Below are positions 45,694 to 55,677 of a stretch of DNA of 64,000 bases, in pieces. The notes beneath the pieces were generated by a model, which was given only the letters and a program-made list of their open reading frames with translations, ran no database searches and was not told where the DNA came from. Both the position numbers and the translations under genes were made by a program. This DNA is from Actinomycetota bacterium (lineage in GTDB: Bacteria > Actinomycetota > UBA4738 > JBBDHU01): contig JBBDHU010000001.1 in NCBI GenBank assembly GCA_040880705.1, positions 417,408 to 481,407 of the forward strand. Direction: 5' to 3'. Position 1 is the stretch's first letter. Each line of letters opens with the position of its first letter.

Positions 45694-46822
45694 CCTGCGG
45701 GACGAACCTCGCTGCCAGCCAAGTCGTGATCGGGACTGAGGCGATCAACCCGATGCTTCCGACAAGCGTGCGAATGATCTCTGTTGCGATGACCTCACCA
45801 TTCGCTGCCGTGCCAAGCGACTGTTCGGACAACACGAGAAGGACGAACAGGGGCATCGAAGCCCCCGCGTATGCAAGAACGAGGGTGTTGACCATCGATG
45901 CTACGTGCGACGAACCTATTCGCATCCCGGAACGAAACAGGTTTCGTCGGGAGATCGAAGGATTTGCCGAACTGAGCTCCCAGATAGAGGACGCCTGGGT
46001 CACCGCTGCATCGTCGATCGCGCCGAGAGCCCCGATAATGATTCCACCCAGTATCAGGCCCGAGACGTTGATGTCGGTGCCCGCCGCCTGGAGGATGAAC
46101 GCCTCGTCGGTCACGAATCCACTGATATTGGCCAGCTCGGTGAAAACTGAGGCAAGAAACGCCGCAACGATGAAGCCCCCGAACGTTCCTATCAATGCGA
46201 TCGTCGTCATCGGCGAGAACCCGTGGGCGAGGTAAAGGGCGGGATAGGCGATCACCGTGGCTCCGATGATCGAGACGAGCAATGGGCTCGAGCCGTCCAA
46301 TATCGCCGGAAGGACGAACTTCAGGAGTACCAGAAGGCTCACGGCCAGGCCGGCCAGGGCGGCAAGGCCGCGAAGGCGCCCAAGTGCGACGACGACGATC
46401 GCGAACAACGCGGCGAGCCAGATCAGCGGCGCCTTGCGATTGCGATCCAGGATTCGGTAGTCGGGGGGATCGACGCCGGGTGTCGCGCCGAGTATTACGC
46501 CCTCGCCCGGCCCAACATCCGCGAACGTCTGAGTCTTGGGGATGGCGATTTCGATCTCGTCGCCCGAGCCAGGACCTTCGGTGAGACGAAGACCGATCAC
46601 TCGGCATTGGAGCCCGTCGTCAGGGACCGCCCCGGGGCACGGCCCCTCCTCGTTCGACAAGACGACGGACTCGAAGGACACAGAACGAAGGCCTTCTACG
46701 TTCGTCTCCTCGATTTCGCCCGGCCAAAGAAGGATCATGCCGGCAACGGCAGCCGCGGCGACGAAGATCACTATGCCGGTCAGAATTCGCGAGCCTCCCG
46801 GCATGCCTGGCGCGTGAGACAT
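45638..46822 (-). CDS. YibE/F family membrane protein
   Basis: Polytopic; characteristic of the YibE/F family by size and pattern. Confidence 0.7.
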   Translation of the reverse strand: MSHAPGMPGGSRILTGIVIFVAAAAVAGMILLWPGEIEETNVEGLRSVSFESVVLSNEEGPCPGAVPDDGLQCRVIGLRLTEGPGSGDEIEIAIPKTQTFADVGPGEGVILGATPGVDPPDYRILDRNRKAPLIWLAALFAIVVVALGRLRGLAALAGLAVSLLVLLKFVLPAILDGSSPLLVSIIGATVIAYPALYLAHGFSPMTTIALIGTFGGFIVAAFLASVFTELANISGFVTDEAFILQAAGTDINVSGLILGGIIIGALGAIDDAAVTQASSIWELSSANPSISRRNLFRSGMRIGSSHVASMVNTLVLAYAGASMPLFVLLVLSEQSLGTAANGEVIATEIIRTLVGSIGLIASVPITTWLAARFVPQVSRPGGAPARSGRDTSPS

Positions 46823-46872
46823 GCGAGAAGCCTAGCCTCAAGAGCGCATTCCTTTGCCTATCTCGGTCCGCG

Positions 46873-47094
46873 TCATCGGTTCGTTCCCCAGAGATGGCGA
46901 TCTGCGTGCAGCCAGCACCTCGTCCCAGGGTTGTAGGCCGACGGCACCGTCTCGCATCCACGGCTGACGCACACGCGATGCGCGACGGAACGCTCTCGGC
47001 CTCGCGCCGTTAGCGACGCGGGGGTGTGAACCGCCCTTCGCTGGCTTGGGCGACACCGAGGGCGCGCGATGCCATCGGGATACTCGAGCTGCAC
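46873..47094 (-). CDS. Small Cys-rich protein, paralog of 36922..37128
   Basis: RVCVSRGCETVPSAYNPGTRCWLHAD shares the pattern with RICDEAGCSTVLSVYNGRDRCWVHAP. Confidence 0.35.
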   Translation of the reverse strand: MQLEYPDGIARPRCRPSQRRAVHTPASLTARGRERSVAHRVCVSRGCETVPSAYNPGTRCWLHADRHLWGTNR

Positions 47095-47297
47095 GGCTGG
47101 GACGTGAACATCTACGGCGCGGCCGATCTCGAGTCGTTCCTCGAGGCGGTGCTGCTGTTGCCCCGCTCCCCGACGGCAGTTTCAATTTCCCCGACTGGCA
47201 CTATTTCGGCCACGGTCGGGGCGAGAACGGATCACACCACCGGTACAGCCTGGCGAAGCCTTCCGACTAACCGAGGCCGCTGCTAGGCTGCGCCGTC

Positions 47298-48677
47298 GTG
47301 GAGGACCGAAGCAGCCGACGGCAATTCCTGCGGCGTTCGCTGGTGGCGGCAGGAAGCGCGTTCCTGGCCGCGTGCTCGCGAGCCGCGCGCGTCGTCCCCT
47401 CGAAAACCCCGAGCCCGTCCGTCTCCGTCCACCAGCCGTTCGACGTCACTAAGTACGAAACGCGCTGGCCGATCAAGCGGGTCGTCTACCTCATGCTGGA
47501 GAACCGCAGCTTCGACAACGTGTTCGGCGCGTTCCCAGGTGTGAACGGGGCAACAAGGGGGAACCGGTACGGCAAGCAGGTGCCTCTCACGCCTTGTCCC
47601 CCGTGGTTGCCCGACGATCTTCCGCACGACTATGGGTTTGCGCTCTTCTGCGTCAACGGAGGGGAGATGGACCAGTTCGCGTACACGCCCTCCGCGGCCT
47701 CCATGTCGTTCGCGTACTCGCAGCTGGCCAAGGAAACCGTCCCCAACTACTGGCACTGGGCGGAGAACTACGTCCTCTCGGACAACTTCTTCGCCTCGGC
47801 GCTCGGGCCCTCTTATGCGAATCACCTTTTCTTCATCGCCGGCGACAGCGCCGGGACGTTCGACGCTCCGCAGAACACGCACCTGGTCGACCTGCCGGGC
47901 GGGGGGAAGTCGAAGAGCTGGGGATGCGACAGCGCAGCGAACGCATACGTGCTGGTGAAGGAGAAGGACGGGTCGTTACGCAGGCGACGCCCATGTTTCA
48001 ACTTGGAGACGGTCGGGGACCAGCTCCTCGATCGCGACATCCCCTGGCGCTATTACGCGCCGGATCCCGATCAGGTCGGCTACATCTGGTCGGCCTATAC
48101 CTCTATAAAGCGCGTCTTCCACGACGAGGAGCTTTGGGAGAGGCACATTCACCCCGTGGACCGGGTCCTCGACGACATCCATGCCGGGGATCTTCCGCCG
48201 GTTTCCTGGATCGTTCCCCGCTACGAGCTGTCCGATCACCCGCCTTGGAACTCGACCCATGCGCACAACTGGGTGACCGAGATCGTCAACGGGATCATGG
48301 AGGGACCGATGTGGAAGAACACGGCGATCTTCCTCACTTGGGACGAGTGGGGCGGTTTCTACGATCACGTTCCGCCGCCGGAACTCGACAAAATCGGGCT
48401 CGGCGTCAGGGTGCCGATGCTGGTTATCTCGCCCTACGCGCGCAGGGGGATGATCGACAAGAAGCTAGGAGAGTTCTCTTCACCCCTGAAATTCATTCAG
48501 GACAACTGGGGAATGCCCCATCACACGCCGCGTATCAGACAGACGCACAACTTCTCGCATGCGTTCGACTTCGATCGCAAACCGCGCCCGCCAGACTCGC
48601 GGCCGCTTGCCAAAGCAGAAGGGAACGCTTTCCGGAAACCGGAACGCCATCCCGACTGGCCCCCAGAGTTCCGCTAG
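47298..48677 (+). CDS. Tat-exported phosphoesterase family protein (phospholipase C / acid phosphatase AcpA-like)
   Basis: Twin-arginine signal [20 protein letters not shown]. Phosphoesterase motifs ([14 protein letters not shown], ...[12 protein letters not shown]...). Confidence 0.8.
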   Translation: MEDRSSRRQFLRRSLVAAGSAFLAACSRAARVVPSKTPSPSVSVHQPFDVTKYETRWPIKRVVYLMLENRSFDNVFGAFPGVNGATRGNRYGKQVPLTPCPPWLPDDLPHDYGFALFCVNGGEMDQFAYTPSAASMSFAYSQLAKETVPNYWHWAENYVLSDNFFASALGPSYANHLFFIAGDSAGTFDAPQNTHLVDLPGGGKSKSWGCDSAANAYVLVKEKDGSLRRRRPCFNLETVGDQLLDRDIPWRYYAPDPDQVGYIWSAYTSIKRVFHDEELWERHIHPVDRVLDDIHAGDLPPVSWIVPRYELSDHPPWNSTHAHNWVTEIVNGIMEGPMWKNTAIFLTWDEWGGFYDHVPPPELDKIGLGVRVPMLVISPYARRGMIDKKLGEFSSPLKFIQDNWGMPHHTPRIRQTHNFSHAFDFDRKPRPPDSRPLAKAEGNAFRKPERHPDWPPEFR

Positions 48678-48699
48678 TCGCGGCCCTTGGTCGTTCGCT

Positions 48700-49674
48700 T
48701 CAGACGGGCTGCCAGTCCGGGTCGGTGTCCTCGGCGGCATTGTGCGTAAGCGGCGTCTGTGCCGTGCCGTCGACGTTCATCGTGTAGATGTCGAAGTCGC
48801 CCTCACGCCGAGTTTCGAAGGCGATCATCGTGCCGTCGGGCGAGAAGACCGGGTTGCGGTCCTGCGCCGGATGGTTGGTCAGTCTCACTTGCCCCGATCC
48901 GTCGGCGTTCATCATGTAGATATCCGAATTGCCCTGCGTCTGGCGTGAGAAAACGATCTTCGAGTTGTCGGGGGACCAGTTCGGCGAGCTCTCCGGCCTC
49001 ACCGAGGCGGTGAGGTTCGTCGCCCCCGTCCCATCCGCGTTGGCCACGTAGATGTCGCGATAGCTCTTGGCCCGGACATATGCGATTTTGGCTCCATCCG
49101 AGGACCAGGCGGGGGAGGTCTCGCTCGCGGATGTGTCGGCGACCGAAGTCACGGTGATGCCATCCGTCGTCATGGCATGCAGGTCGAAATCGAATAGGAA
49201 GTAATTCGCAAAATAGAAGAAGTAGATATTGAAGATGTTCCTTAACGTGAGTGACCCAAAGGCCACCTTCGTGCCGTCGTGATTCCAGGCGGGGGAGAGT
49301 TCGATGATCTCCGAGCTCTTGGTCAGATTCACAGATGCCGAGCCGTTCGCATTCATCGTGAAGACATCGGAGACGAAGAACCGAACGCGTGCGAAGGCGA
49401 TCTTCGCGCCGTCGTCAGACCACGCCGGGGCGTACTCGTCTGCTCGCGTGTTCGTGATGTTCGCGCGGCCGGTTCCGTCGGGGTTGATCGTGTAGATCTC
49501 GTCGCTCGTATGGCGGGTCTCACGCACGAAAGCGATCTTGCCGTTCGTGCCCGGGAAAGCGGCTTTCGCGGGAGAGGGGACTAGTGAAACCACTAAACAG
49601 GCAAGGACTGCGCACGTGGCGGCCCGGGATTGCGCGCGCCCTCTAAACAGTCGAGTGTTCTTTAGGGCACGCAT
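48700..49674 (-). CDS. Secreted PD40/TolB-like beta-propeller repeat protein carrying an AT-rich in-frame insertion
   Basis: PD40 repeats (DIYMMNADGSG, ...SPAWSDDGAKIAF...). See finding on 49185..49250. Confidence 0.65.
   Translation of the reverse strand: MRALKNTRLFRGRAQSRAATCAVLACLVVSLVPSPAKAAFPGTNGKIAFVRETRHTSDEIYTINPDGTGRANITNTRADEYAPAWSDDGAKIAFARVRFFVSDVFTMNANGSASVNLTKSSEIIELSPAWNHDGTKVAFGSLTLRNIFNIYFFYFANYFLFDFDLHAMTTDGITVTSVADTSASETSPAWSSDGAKIAYVRAKSYRDIYVANADGTGATNLTASVRPESSPNWSPDNSKIVFSRQTQGNSDIYMMNADGSGQVRLTNHPAQDRNPVFSPDGTMIAFETRREGDFDIYTMNVDGTAQTPLTHNAAEDTDPDWQPV
49185..49250. other. Local AT-rich (about 35% GC) segment inside a GC-rich coding region
   Basis: aggaagtaattcgcaaaatagaagaagtagatattgaagatgttcc; encodes NIFNIYFFYFANYFLFDFD in frame. 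Confidence 0.6.
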
Positions 49675-49755
49675 GTTGCAAGGAGTGTACGCCGATTCGG
49701 TCGAGGAAACCCCTAAGCAGTTTTCCAGACTGGCCTGGGATTCTGGGTCGAACCT

Positions 49756-50334
49756 CTAGTAGGTGGTCATCTTTGCGACGAGGGTGTCCACCTTGCTCGG
49801 GTCTGCTTCTGAAGTGATCGTCATCACGCAGCGGTAGGAAACTCCCTCGCGGGTTGTCGGAGCGATGATGTTCAGTGTCAGTTCCACCTTCTCGCCGTCC
49901 GACGAAGGCCCGAAGTCGAAGGTCGCGGTGCCGTCCTTGAACTTCTCCGTGATCTTCTCCGAGCCGCCGGTCGGCCTCTTGTAGAAGCCGACCTGAACCT
50001 TGTTCACGCGGAAGCGGGGATTTCCCTTACAGCCCTGCAGGGTAAATGTGTCGGGGTCCGTTCCGTCGTTTTCGATCGTCAGCCAGAAACGGACGCCTTC
50101 GCCGTCCTCCATCCGAACACCGATCTTCTGGTGGTGGCCGGTGGTGTTGTAGATGTCCTTGCCCTTCCAAGGGTTGGGAAGTCCACGGATTGTGCAGCCG
50201 GTGCTCAGGCCGCAGAGCTTGATCCACGCGTCGGGCTGGACGGCAGGTGTCGGGCCCGCGCCCGCCGGAAGCGTTGCCATCGGCAGGGCGACGAGGGCCG
50301 CCAGCAGAACGAGCGAGATTGCGCGTCTTGACAC
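49756..50334 (-). CDS. Secreted hypothetical protein
   Basis: Signal peptide (ATLPAGAGP). Coherent codon usage. Confidence 0.55.
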   Translation of the reverse strand: MSRRAISLVLLAALVALPMATLPAGAGPTPAVQPDAWIKLCGLSTGCTIRGLPNPWKGKDIYNTTGHHQKIGVRMEDGEGVRFWLTIENDGTDPDTFTLQGCKGNPRFRVNKVQVGFYKRPTGGSEKITEKFKDGTATFDFGPSSDGEKVELTLNIIAPTTREGVSYRCVMTITSEADPSKVDTLVAKMTTY

Positions 50335-50446
50335 ATCACCAGTATCGGCCCGAACCGTGCTTTGCCTGAGGCCCGCGTACCCAATTCATGGGATTTCTCG
50401 TGCCTGGGACTAAAGCCGGGGGCCCCTTCTTGCCGATACCTAATTC

Positions 50447-50869
50447 GTGGTAGCCAGCGGTCGGGCCTCCTTCGCCCCAGCTGAATCGACCTCCCAGAGT
50501 GACTCTGGTATCAAGAGTCGAGGGCTCCTTCAGGTTGCCCCGGACGAGCTGGTCGCCTGCGAAATCCTTTTGACCGACGACAGAATCGAATTCAGCGCGC
50601 AGAGCCCAGGCGGCGACTTCCGCAACGTGGGGAGCTACGGGCGCTACCAATGCAAGCTCGTAGGGTCGAAGCGGATTCCCTCCGGGGAGCTGCTGCTTAT
50701 CGGCCATCCCGACGGCGTGGCGCGTCTCTACTTCCCGGCGGAGCAGCTTGAGGATGCCTTGCGAATCCGCGACGAGTTGACCGAGCCCACCATCGACCCC
50801 GTCTTCCTGGTGCAGGAGTTCGCGGGCCTGGTCGATAGCCCCGCTGGCGAAGAGGACGACGACTACTAG
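50447..50869 (+). CDS. Hypothetical protein
   Basis: ORF with reasonable codon usage. No motif recognised. Confidence 0.4.
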   Translation: MVASGRASFAPAESTSQSDSGIKSRGLLQVAPDELVACEILLTDDRIEFSAQSPGGDFRNVGSYGRYQCKLVGSKRIPSGELLLIGHPDGVARLYFPAEQLEDALRIRDELTEPTIDPVFLVQEFAGLVDSPAGEEDDDY

Positions 50870-51114
50870 GAGTCCTCGTACCACACGCGGTCCAAGCATT
50901 TGCGCACTCCCCAGCCCGATGATGTATTTTTCGGTCCCATAAGGAGCCGCGCGAACCTCAATCGCGCAAGAATCGCCGCCCTGGTGCTGACCGTGATCTC
51001 GCTCGCGGCCTGTTCTTCGGGTGGCGGTTCAGGCACGGCTGCGGGTGGCGGATCACCGAAGAGCGGCAACGTGGACGTCGGCGGATACGAGCTGTCGGAT
51101 GTGACCTGCCTTAC

Positions 51115-51822
51115 CTAAGCCAGGGCAACATCCACGAGGATGAGTTCGCTGATCGCGTTTGCGCGGATCCTGATGCCATCCGGCTCGGCGACGATCTGCG
51201 CCGCTGATCCCGTCACCATCCGTTCGCCGTTCACATTCACGTCGCCCTCGATCACGTACAAGTAGACGCCGCGGTCCGGGGGTATCGGGTGGGTCACCTC
51301 GACTCCCGGCGTCAGCCGTGAGACGAATACGTGCGAGTCCTGATGCACCAGCACGGCATCGCCTCCGTCGCCGCTGATTACCTTCAGCAGTCGGTCGGTC
51401 CTGTCTTCGGTCGTGAAGACTTTCTGTTCCACTTCGGGCTCGAGTCCCAGCTCCGCCGGCACGATCCACATCTGGATGAAGCGCATGGGCTCCGTCTCAC
51501 TGGCGTTCTGCTCCGAGTGGAAGGCGCCCGAGCCTAGGGTCATGCGCTGCACCGACCCGGCCGGCAACGGACCTGGTGGGCCGCCGACGTTGTCCTCGTG
51601 GCGAAAGAGTCCTTCCACTACATAGGTAAGCCCCTCGATGTCCTTGTGCGGGTGAATCGGCCACGCCGCGCCAGGGATCAAACGGTCGTCGTTGAACACC
51701 CGCAGCGTCCCGAATTGCACGTATTCGGGATCGAAATACGTGTCGAAAGAGTAGTGCCATCGTGCGCGGAACCAATCGCCCTGGATGTCCGGGATCTGGT
51801 CGTCGGTGCGAATCTTGAGCAT
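51115..51822 (-). CDS. Pirin family (cupin) protein
   Basis: Pirin metal-binding His motifs (WPIHPHKDIEGLTYV, ...SGAFHSEQN...). Confidence 0.85.
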   Translation of the reverse strand: MLKIRTDDQIPDIQGDWFRARWHYSFDTYFDPEYVQFGTLRVFNDDRLIPGAAWPIHPHKDIEGLTYVVEGLFRHEDNVGGPPGPLPAGSVQRMTLGSGAFHSEQNASETEPMRFIQMWIVPAELGLEPEVEQKVFTTEDRTDRLLKVISGDGGDAVLVHQDSHVFVSRLTPGVEVTHPIPPDRGVYLYVIEGDVNVNGERMVTGSAAQIVAEPDGIRIRANAISELILVDVALA

Positions 51823-51848
51823 CCGTTGGAGCTTATAGTTCCGCTGCG

Positions 51849-52874
51849 ATGACGCCGCCGGCCTCAGGGAGCATCCGGACGCCGATCAAACCGATGCTGG
51901 CCAAGCTCGAAACGGAGATTCCCACGGGCTCCGACTGGAGATACGAGCCGAAGTGGGACGGCTTCCGGTGTCTGATCACGGTTCGAGCAAAGGGCGTCTC
52001 GATCGCCAGCCGCGACGACCGGCCGCTCGAGCGTTTCTTCCCGGAATTGGCGGAGGCCGTTGCCGAAGAACTCCCGCCGGGCATCTACGACGGTGAGATA
52101 CTCTCGGCCGCCGGCGGAAAGAGCGAGTTCGATCGGTTGCAGCTCCGTCTGCACCCTGCCGAGAGCAGGATCCGGATGCTCGCCGAGTCGGCCCCCGCAT
52201 GCTTCGTCGCCTTCGACCTGCTCGAGTTCGAGCGCCGGAAGCTCATGAAGGAGCCTTTCCGGACGCGCTTCGAGCTTCTCGCGTCCGCGATTGCACAGGT
52301 AGCCGAGCCGTGCGAACTGCCTTCACGCGCAACATGCCTGCGAACGCCTCAAACCGACGACCCGGCTACGGCGCAGGAATGGTTCGAGGAGTTCGAGGAG
52401 TGCGGTGTCGACGGAATCATCGCCAAACGAGCGGATGATCCGTATCGACCGGGCGTTCGGGCGATGGTCAAGGTCAAACATCGTCGCACGGCCGATTGCG
52501 TCGTCGGCGGCTTCCGGTCGGGGAAGGAGGAGGTGAGATCCCTCCTCCTGGGCCTATTCGACGCGGACGGCGTGCTTCATTACGTCGGCCACTGCTCGAA
52601 CTTCAATGCCAAGGAGCGGCGGCGACTGTTCGAAGAGCTGAGCGAGTACGAATCGACCGCCGGCTCCTTCGAAGGGGGGCGTTCCCCCGGGGGTCCGAGC
52701 CGGTGGAGCGGAGGAAAGGATCTGTCATGGGTTTCGTTGCGGCCCGAACTTGTCTGCGAGGTTGCCTACGATCGCTTCGAGAACCATCGGTTCCGGCACG
52801 CGGCAACCCTCTTGCGGTGGCGGCCGGATCGGCGCCCCGAGACGTGCAGCATCGATCAGGTCTTGCCGCGCTGA
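51849..52874 (+). CDS. ATP-dependent DNA ligase (LigC/LigD ligase-domain type)
   Basis: Adenylation motif I YEPKWDGFR (KxDG). Motifs III-V. OB-fold region. Confidence 0.85.
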   Translation: MTPPASGSIRTPIKPMLAKLETEIPTGSDWRYEPKWDGFRCLITVRAKGVSIASRDDRPLERFFPELAEAVAEELPPGIYDGEILSAAGGKSEFDRLQLRLHPAESRIRMLAESAPACFVAFDLLEFERRKLMKEPFRTRFELLASAIAQVAEPCELPSRATCLRTPQTDDPATAQEWFEEFEECGVDGIIAKRADDPYRPGVRAMVKVKHRRTADCVVGGFRSGKEEVRSLLLGLFDADGVLHYVGHCSNFNAKERRRLFEELSEYESTAGSFEGGRSPGGPSRWSGGKDLSWVSLRPELVCEVAYDRFENHRFRHAATLLRWRPDRRPETCSIDQVLPR

Positions 52875-53899
52875 GGATTCGACTTGCGTTTCTGACCCTT
52901 GGCGCGGCGTGATGGCGCGACGCGGCGCGGCTCCTTCTCACCCTTGGGGAAATGTGGCGGCAGCGGAGCTTCCTTGTCCCCGCTTTGCTCCTGTTCTTCC
53001 GCGAGTTCCAATAGTCCGGCCAGCGATCCCGAGTGGGAGTCGATCGACTCGGATGGATCGCCCACCTTGCGGAACCGTCCGGGGACCGTCGCAACGGTGA
53101 AGAGGCCCGGGTCGGCTGCCTCGACCTCGTCCCAGGTTAGAGGAGTCGACACCCGCGCATCCTGCACCGGGCGAACGGAATAAGCGGAAGCGGTAGTTCG
53201 GTCGCGCGCGTTCTGGTTGTAGTCGACGAATACACCGAACCGTTCCTCCTTCCACCATTTGGTGGTCGCGATGCCGTCGGCGCGGCGCTCTATCTCCCTC
53301 GCGCCGGCGACCGCCGCGGCCCTCACCTCGGAAAAGCTCCATGTGGGCTCGATGCGGGCCAGTACGTGAATGCCCCGCTTACCGGAGGTCTTGGCGAATC
53401 CCTCGAGTCCGAATTCCGCGAGGACGTCGCGCGTGATGAGCGCGGTCTCTCGAACGTCGTCGAACGGGACCTCCGGGGTGGGATCGAGATCGAATCTGAT
53501 CTCGTCGGGATGATCCACATCGCGGTCACGAACCGGCCAGGGATGTATGTCGATCGACCCGAGATTGACGGCCCAAACGACATGGGCGAGATCGGCCATA
53601 ACCACCATTTGGGCGCTTCGGCCGCTCGGGAACCGAATGGTCGCGGTCTTGAGCCACTCCGGGGCACCGCGGGGCACTCGCTTTTGATAGAAGGTGTCGC
53701 CGTCGACTCCGTTGGGCATCCGCCGAAGGATGCACGGCCGGTCAGAGCACCCTCTGAGGACCGCGTCACCCACCTCTAAGTAGTAGTCGACGAGTTCGAG
53801 CTTCGTGAGGGGGATCTCGGGAAAGTAGACCTTGTCGGGGTTGCTCACGCGCAACTCGCGGCCGTTTACTTCACGCGTAACGTGTGACCGGTCGCTCAT
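52856..53899 (-). CDS. NHEJ DNA polymerase/primase (LigD polymerase domain)
   Basis: AEP primase-polymerase motifs (DIDPWP..., ...SGKRGIHV...). Confidence 0.8.
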   Translation of the reverse strand: MSDRSHVTREVNGRELRVSNPDKVYFPEIPLTKLELVDYYLEVGDAVLRGCSDRPCILRRMPNGVDGDTFYQKRVPRGAPEWLKTATIRFPSGRSAQMVVMADLAHVVWAVNLGSIDIHPWPVRDRDVDHPDEIRFDLDPTPEVPFDDVRETALITRDVLAEFGLEGFAKTSGKRGIHVLARIEPTWSFSEVRAAAVAGAREIERRADGIATTKWWKEERFGVFVDYNQNARDRTTASAYSVRPVQDARVSTPLTWDEVEAADPGLFTVATVPGRFRKVGDPSESIDSHSGSLAGLLELAEEQEQSGDKEAPLPPHFPKGEKEPRRVAPSRRAKGQKRKSNPQRGKT

Positions 53900-54042
53900 T
53901 TCGAATAGCGTATCGCTCCCACGCTTATGTCTCGCTACACCACGGGCCGGATGATGGTCGCGCGCCCTTCGACTTGACCCGAACCCTGAGTCTGACTAGA
54001 TTCCGCCCCTGTGTCGATGGCTTCCTGGGCCGATCGTAAGGG

Positions 54043-55089
54043 GTGGTCTTGTCTCGGATAAGAAACCTATCGCCCACCGTAGCGCTGCTATCGGGATTCG
54101 GCGGGCTTGTCTTGGTCGCTGTTCTCGACTACTTGACGAGTGCCGACCTGATACTGCGGTTTCTCTACATCGCGCCGGTTGGATTCTTGGCTTGGTTCGG
54201 CCCGAACTGGGCCGGCATAGGGGCCGCTCTGGTGGCCGCCGGAATGTCTCTCGAAGTCGAAATAGCGAGGCACGCGCCTTTCTCGAATGTGTGGACGCCC
54301 TACGGGAACGCAGTGTTACGCCTTCTAAGCCTGCTCCTCGTTGTGTTGGCCCTCCGCGAACTCAAACGGCGTTATCAGGTACAGCGACGGCTGGCGCTCA
54401 TGGAGCTGGAGCATGCACGACAGCTGCAGGCGGCCGCGCACGATCTCAAGGGGCCGATCACTGCGATTCTTGGAATGGCCGAAACTCTCGAGCACAACGG
54501 CACAGTCCCCGAGGATCTCCGTCGGGAGTTGATCGACCGAGTAATCGCCCGTGCCAGGGGCCTCGACCGGATGATCGATGACCTCCTAGATACGCAGGTA
54601 CTGGACCCAGCGCGTGCCCCGCTCGAACGGGAGCGAATAAACGTTCAGGAATTCGCGATGTCGATCGTCGACGGTCTTGCGTCACTCGATGAACATCCGA
54701 CCGAGGTCGAGGCGGAAGGCGTGATCGCGCTGGTCAGCCCCGCCAAGCTCGAGCGGATCTTCGAAAATCTCCTCATCAACGCCTACAAACACACTCCCCC
54801 CGGGACGCGTGTATGGGTCAGGGCCAAGCGCACGAATGGGGAGGCTTTGCTCGTCGTCGAAGACGACGGACCGGGAGTGCCGGTGGGCATGCGCAAGGCC
54901 GTCTTTGAGGCGTTCGCCCGTGGTGGTGGTGACGTGGCCGGCACCGGTCTCGGACTCTTTCTTGTCGCGGGACTCGCAGAGATGCACGGCGGCGAGGCTT
55001 GGGTCGAGGAACGCGCCGGGGGTGGGGCTTCCTTCCACGTGCTTCTGCCGGATGGGGCCGCTGCTAACGGAGTGTCTCAGGCCTCTTAG
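54043..55089 (+). CDS. Sensor histidine kinase
   Basis: TM sensor region. H-box AAAHDLKGPITAI. N, G1 and G2 boxes (LLINAYKHT, DDGPGV, GTGLGLFLV). Confidence 0.8.
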   Translation: MVLSRIRNLSPTVALLSGFGGLVLVAVLDYLTSADLILRFLYIAPVGFLAWFGPNWAGIGAALVAAGMSLEVEIARHAPFSNVWTPYGNAVLRLLSLLLVVLALRELKRRYQVQRRLALMELEHARQLQAAAHDLKGPITAILGMAETLEHNGTVPEDLRRELIDRVIARARGLDRMIDDLLDTQVLDPARAPLERERINVQEFAMSIVDGLASLDEHPTEVEAEGVIALVSPAKLERIFENLLINAYKHTPPGTRVWVRAKRTNGEALLVVEDDGPGVPVGMRKAVFEAFARGGGDVAGTGLGLFLVAGLAEMHGGEAWVEERAGGGASFHVLLPDGAAANGVSQAS

Positions 55090-55103
55090 TCCCGACCTGC
55101 CAA

Positions 55104-55331
55104 CCCTTCGATACTAACGGGATCGGTGTGTCGCCCGACGACCACGAACGGATATTCGGGATGCTGAGCAGGCTCCACTCGGAGGAGAAGTATCCGGGGA
55201 CCGGCATCGGACTTGCGATAGTCAGGCGAGCGGTCGATCGAATGGGAGGCAAGGTCGGGCTCGAATCGGAGGCGGGGCAGGGAAGCCGCTTTTGGATCGA
55301 ACTCCCCGCAGCCAAGCAGCGAAGCACGTAG
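55104..55331 (+). pseudogene. Orphan 3' fragment of a histidine-kinase ATPase domain
   Basis: GIGVSPDDHERIFGMLSRLHSEEKYPGTGIGLAIVRRAVDRMGGKVGLESEAGQGSRFWIELP spans the G1/G2 boxes and C-terminus of HATPase_c. There is no HisKA domain or start upstream. Confidence 0.45.
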
Positions 55332-55492
55332 CGTGTCAGGGTGACTGAACGAGCCCGGTGACGTTGCGGTCTGCGTCCTTAACCGACGCTGTCGGCTTGC
55401 CCGCAGACATCATCACTTTGTTGTGTCCGTTTGGATCCATGGACGACTCTGCTCACGCCCTGAGTAACCAGAAACTCCTTCGCTACTCCGAG

Positions 55493-55602
55493 TACTTGTT
55501 GGCCTTGGCGGCCTTCTTTTCCTTCTTCGACTTGCGCTTCTGTTTCAGGTCCTGGGATGCGACCTTCTTGCTGCTCTTCCCGCCCTTGTCCTTGTTGGCC
55601 AT
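55493..55602 (-). CDS. Small lysine-rich basic protein (36 aa), not in ORF track
   Basis: MANKDKGGKSSKKVASQDLKQKRKSKKEKKAAKANKYSE. GGAGG RBS 5 nt upstream of the ATG. Confidence 0.3.
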
Positions 55603-55677
55603 CACTACCTCCTGTAGGCCGCCCCGATGCGGGGCCATGCCCCATACTGGCACTTCAGCCGGGGAAAGGGGAAGGAA

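Noticed and set aside
50900-51118. 72-aa ORF with lipoprotein-like signal (…IAALVLTVISLAACSSGG…)
   Set aside because: Plausible as a truncated lipoprotein remnant. It is short, overlaps the pirin gene's 3' end, and has no clear start context. Confidence too low to list as a feature.
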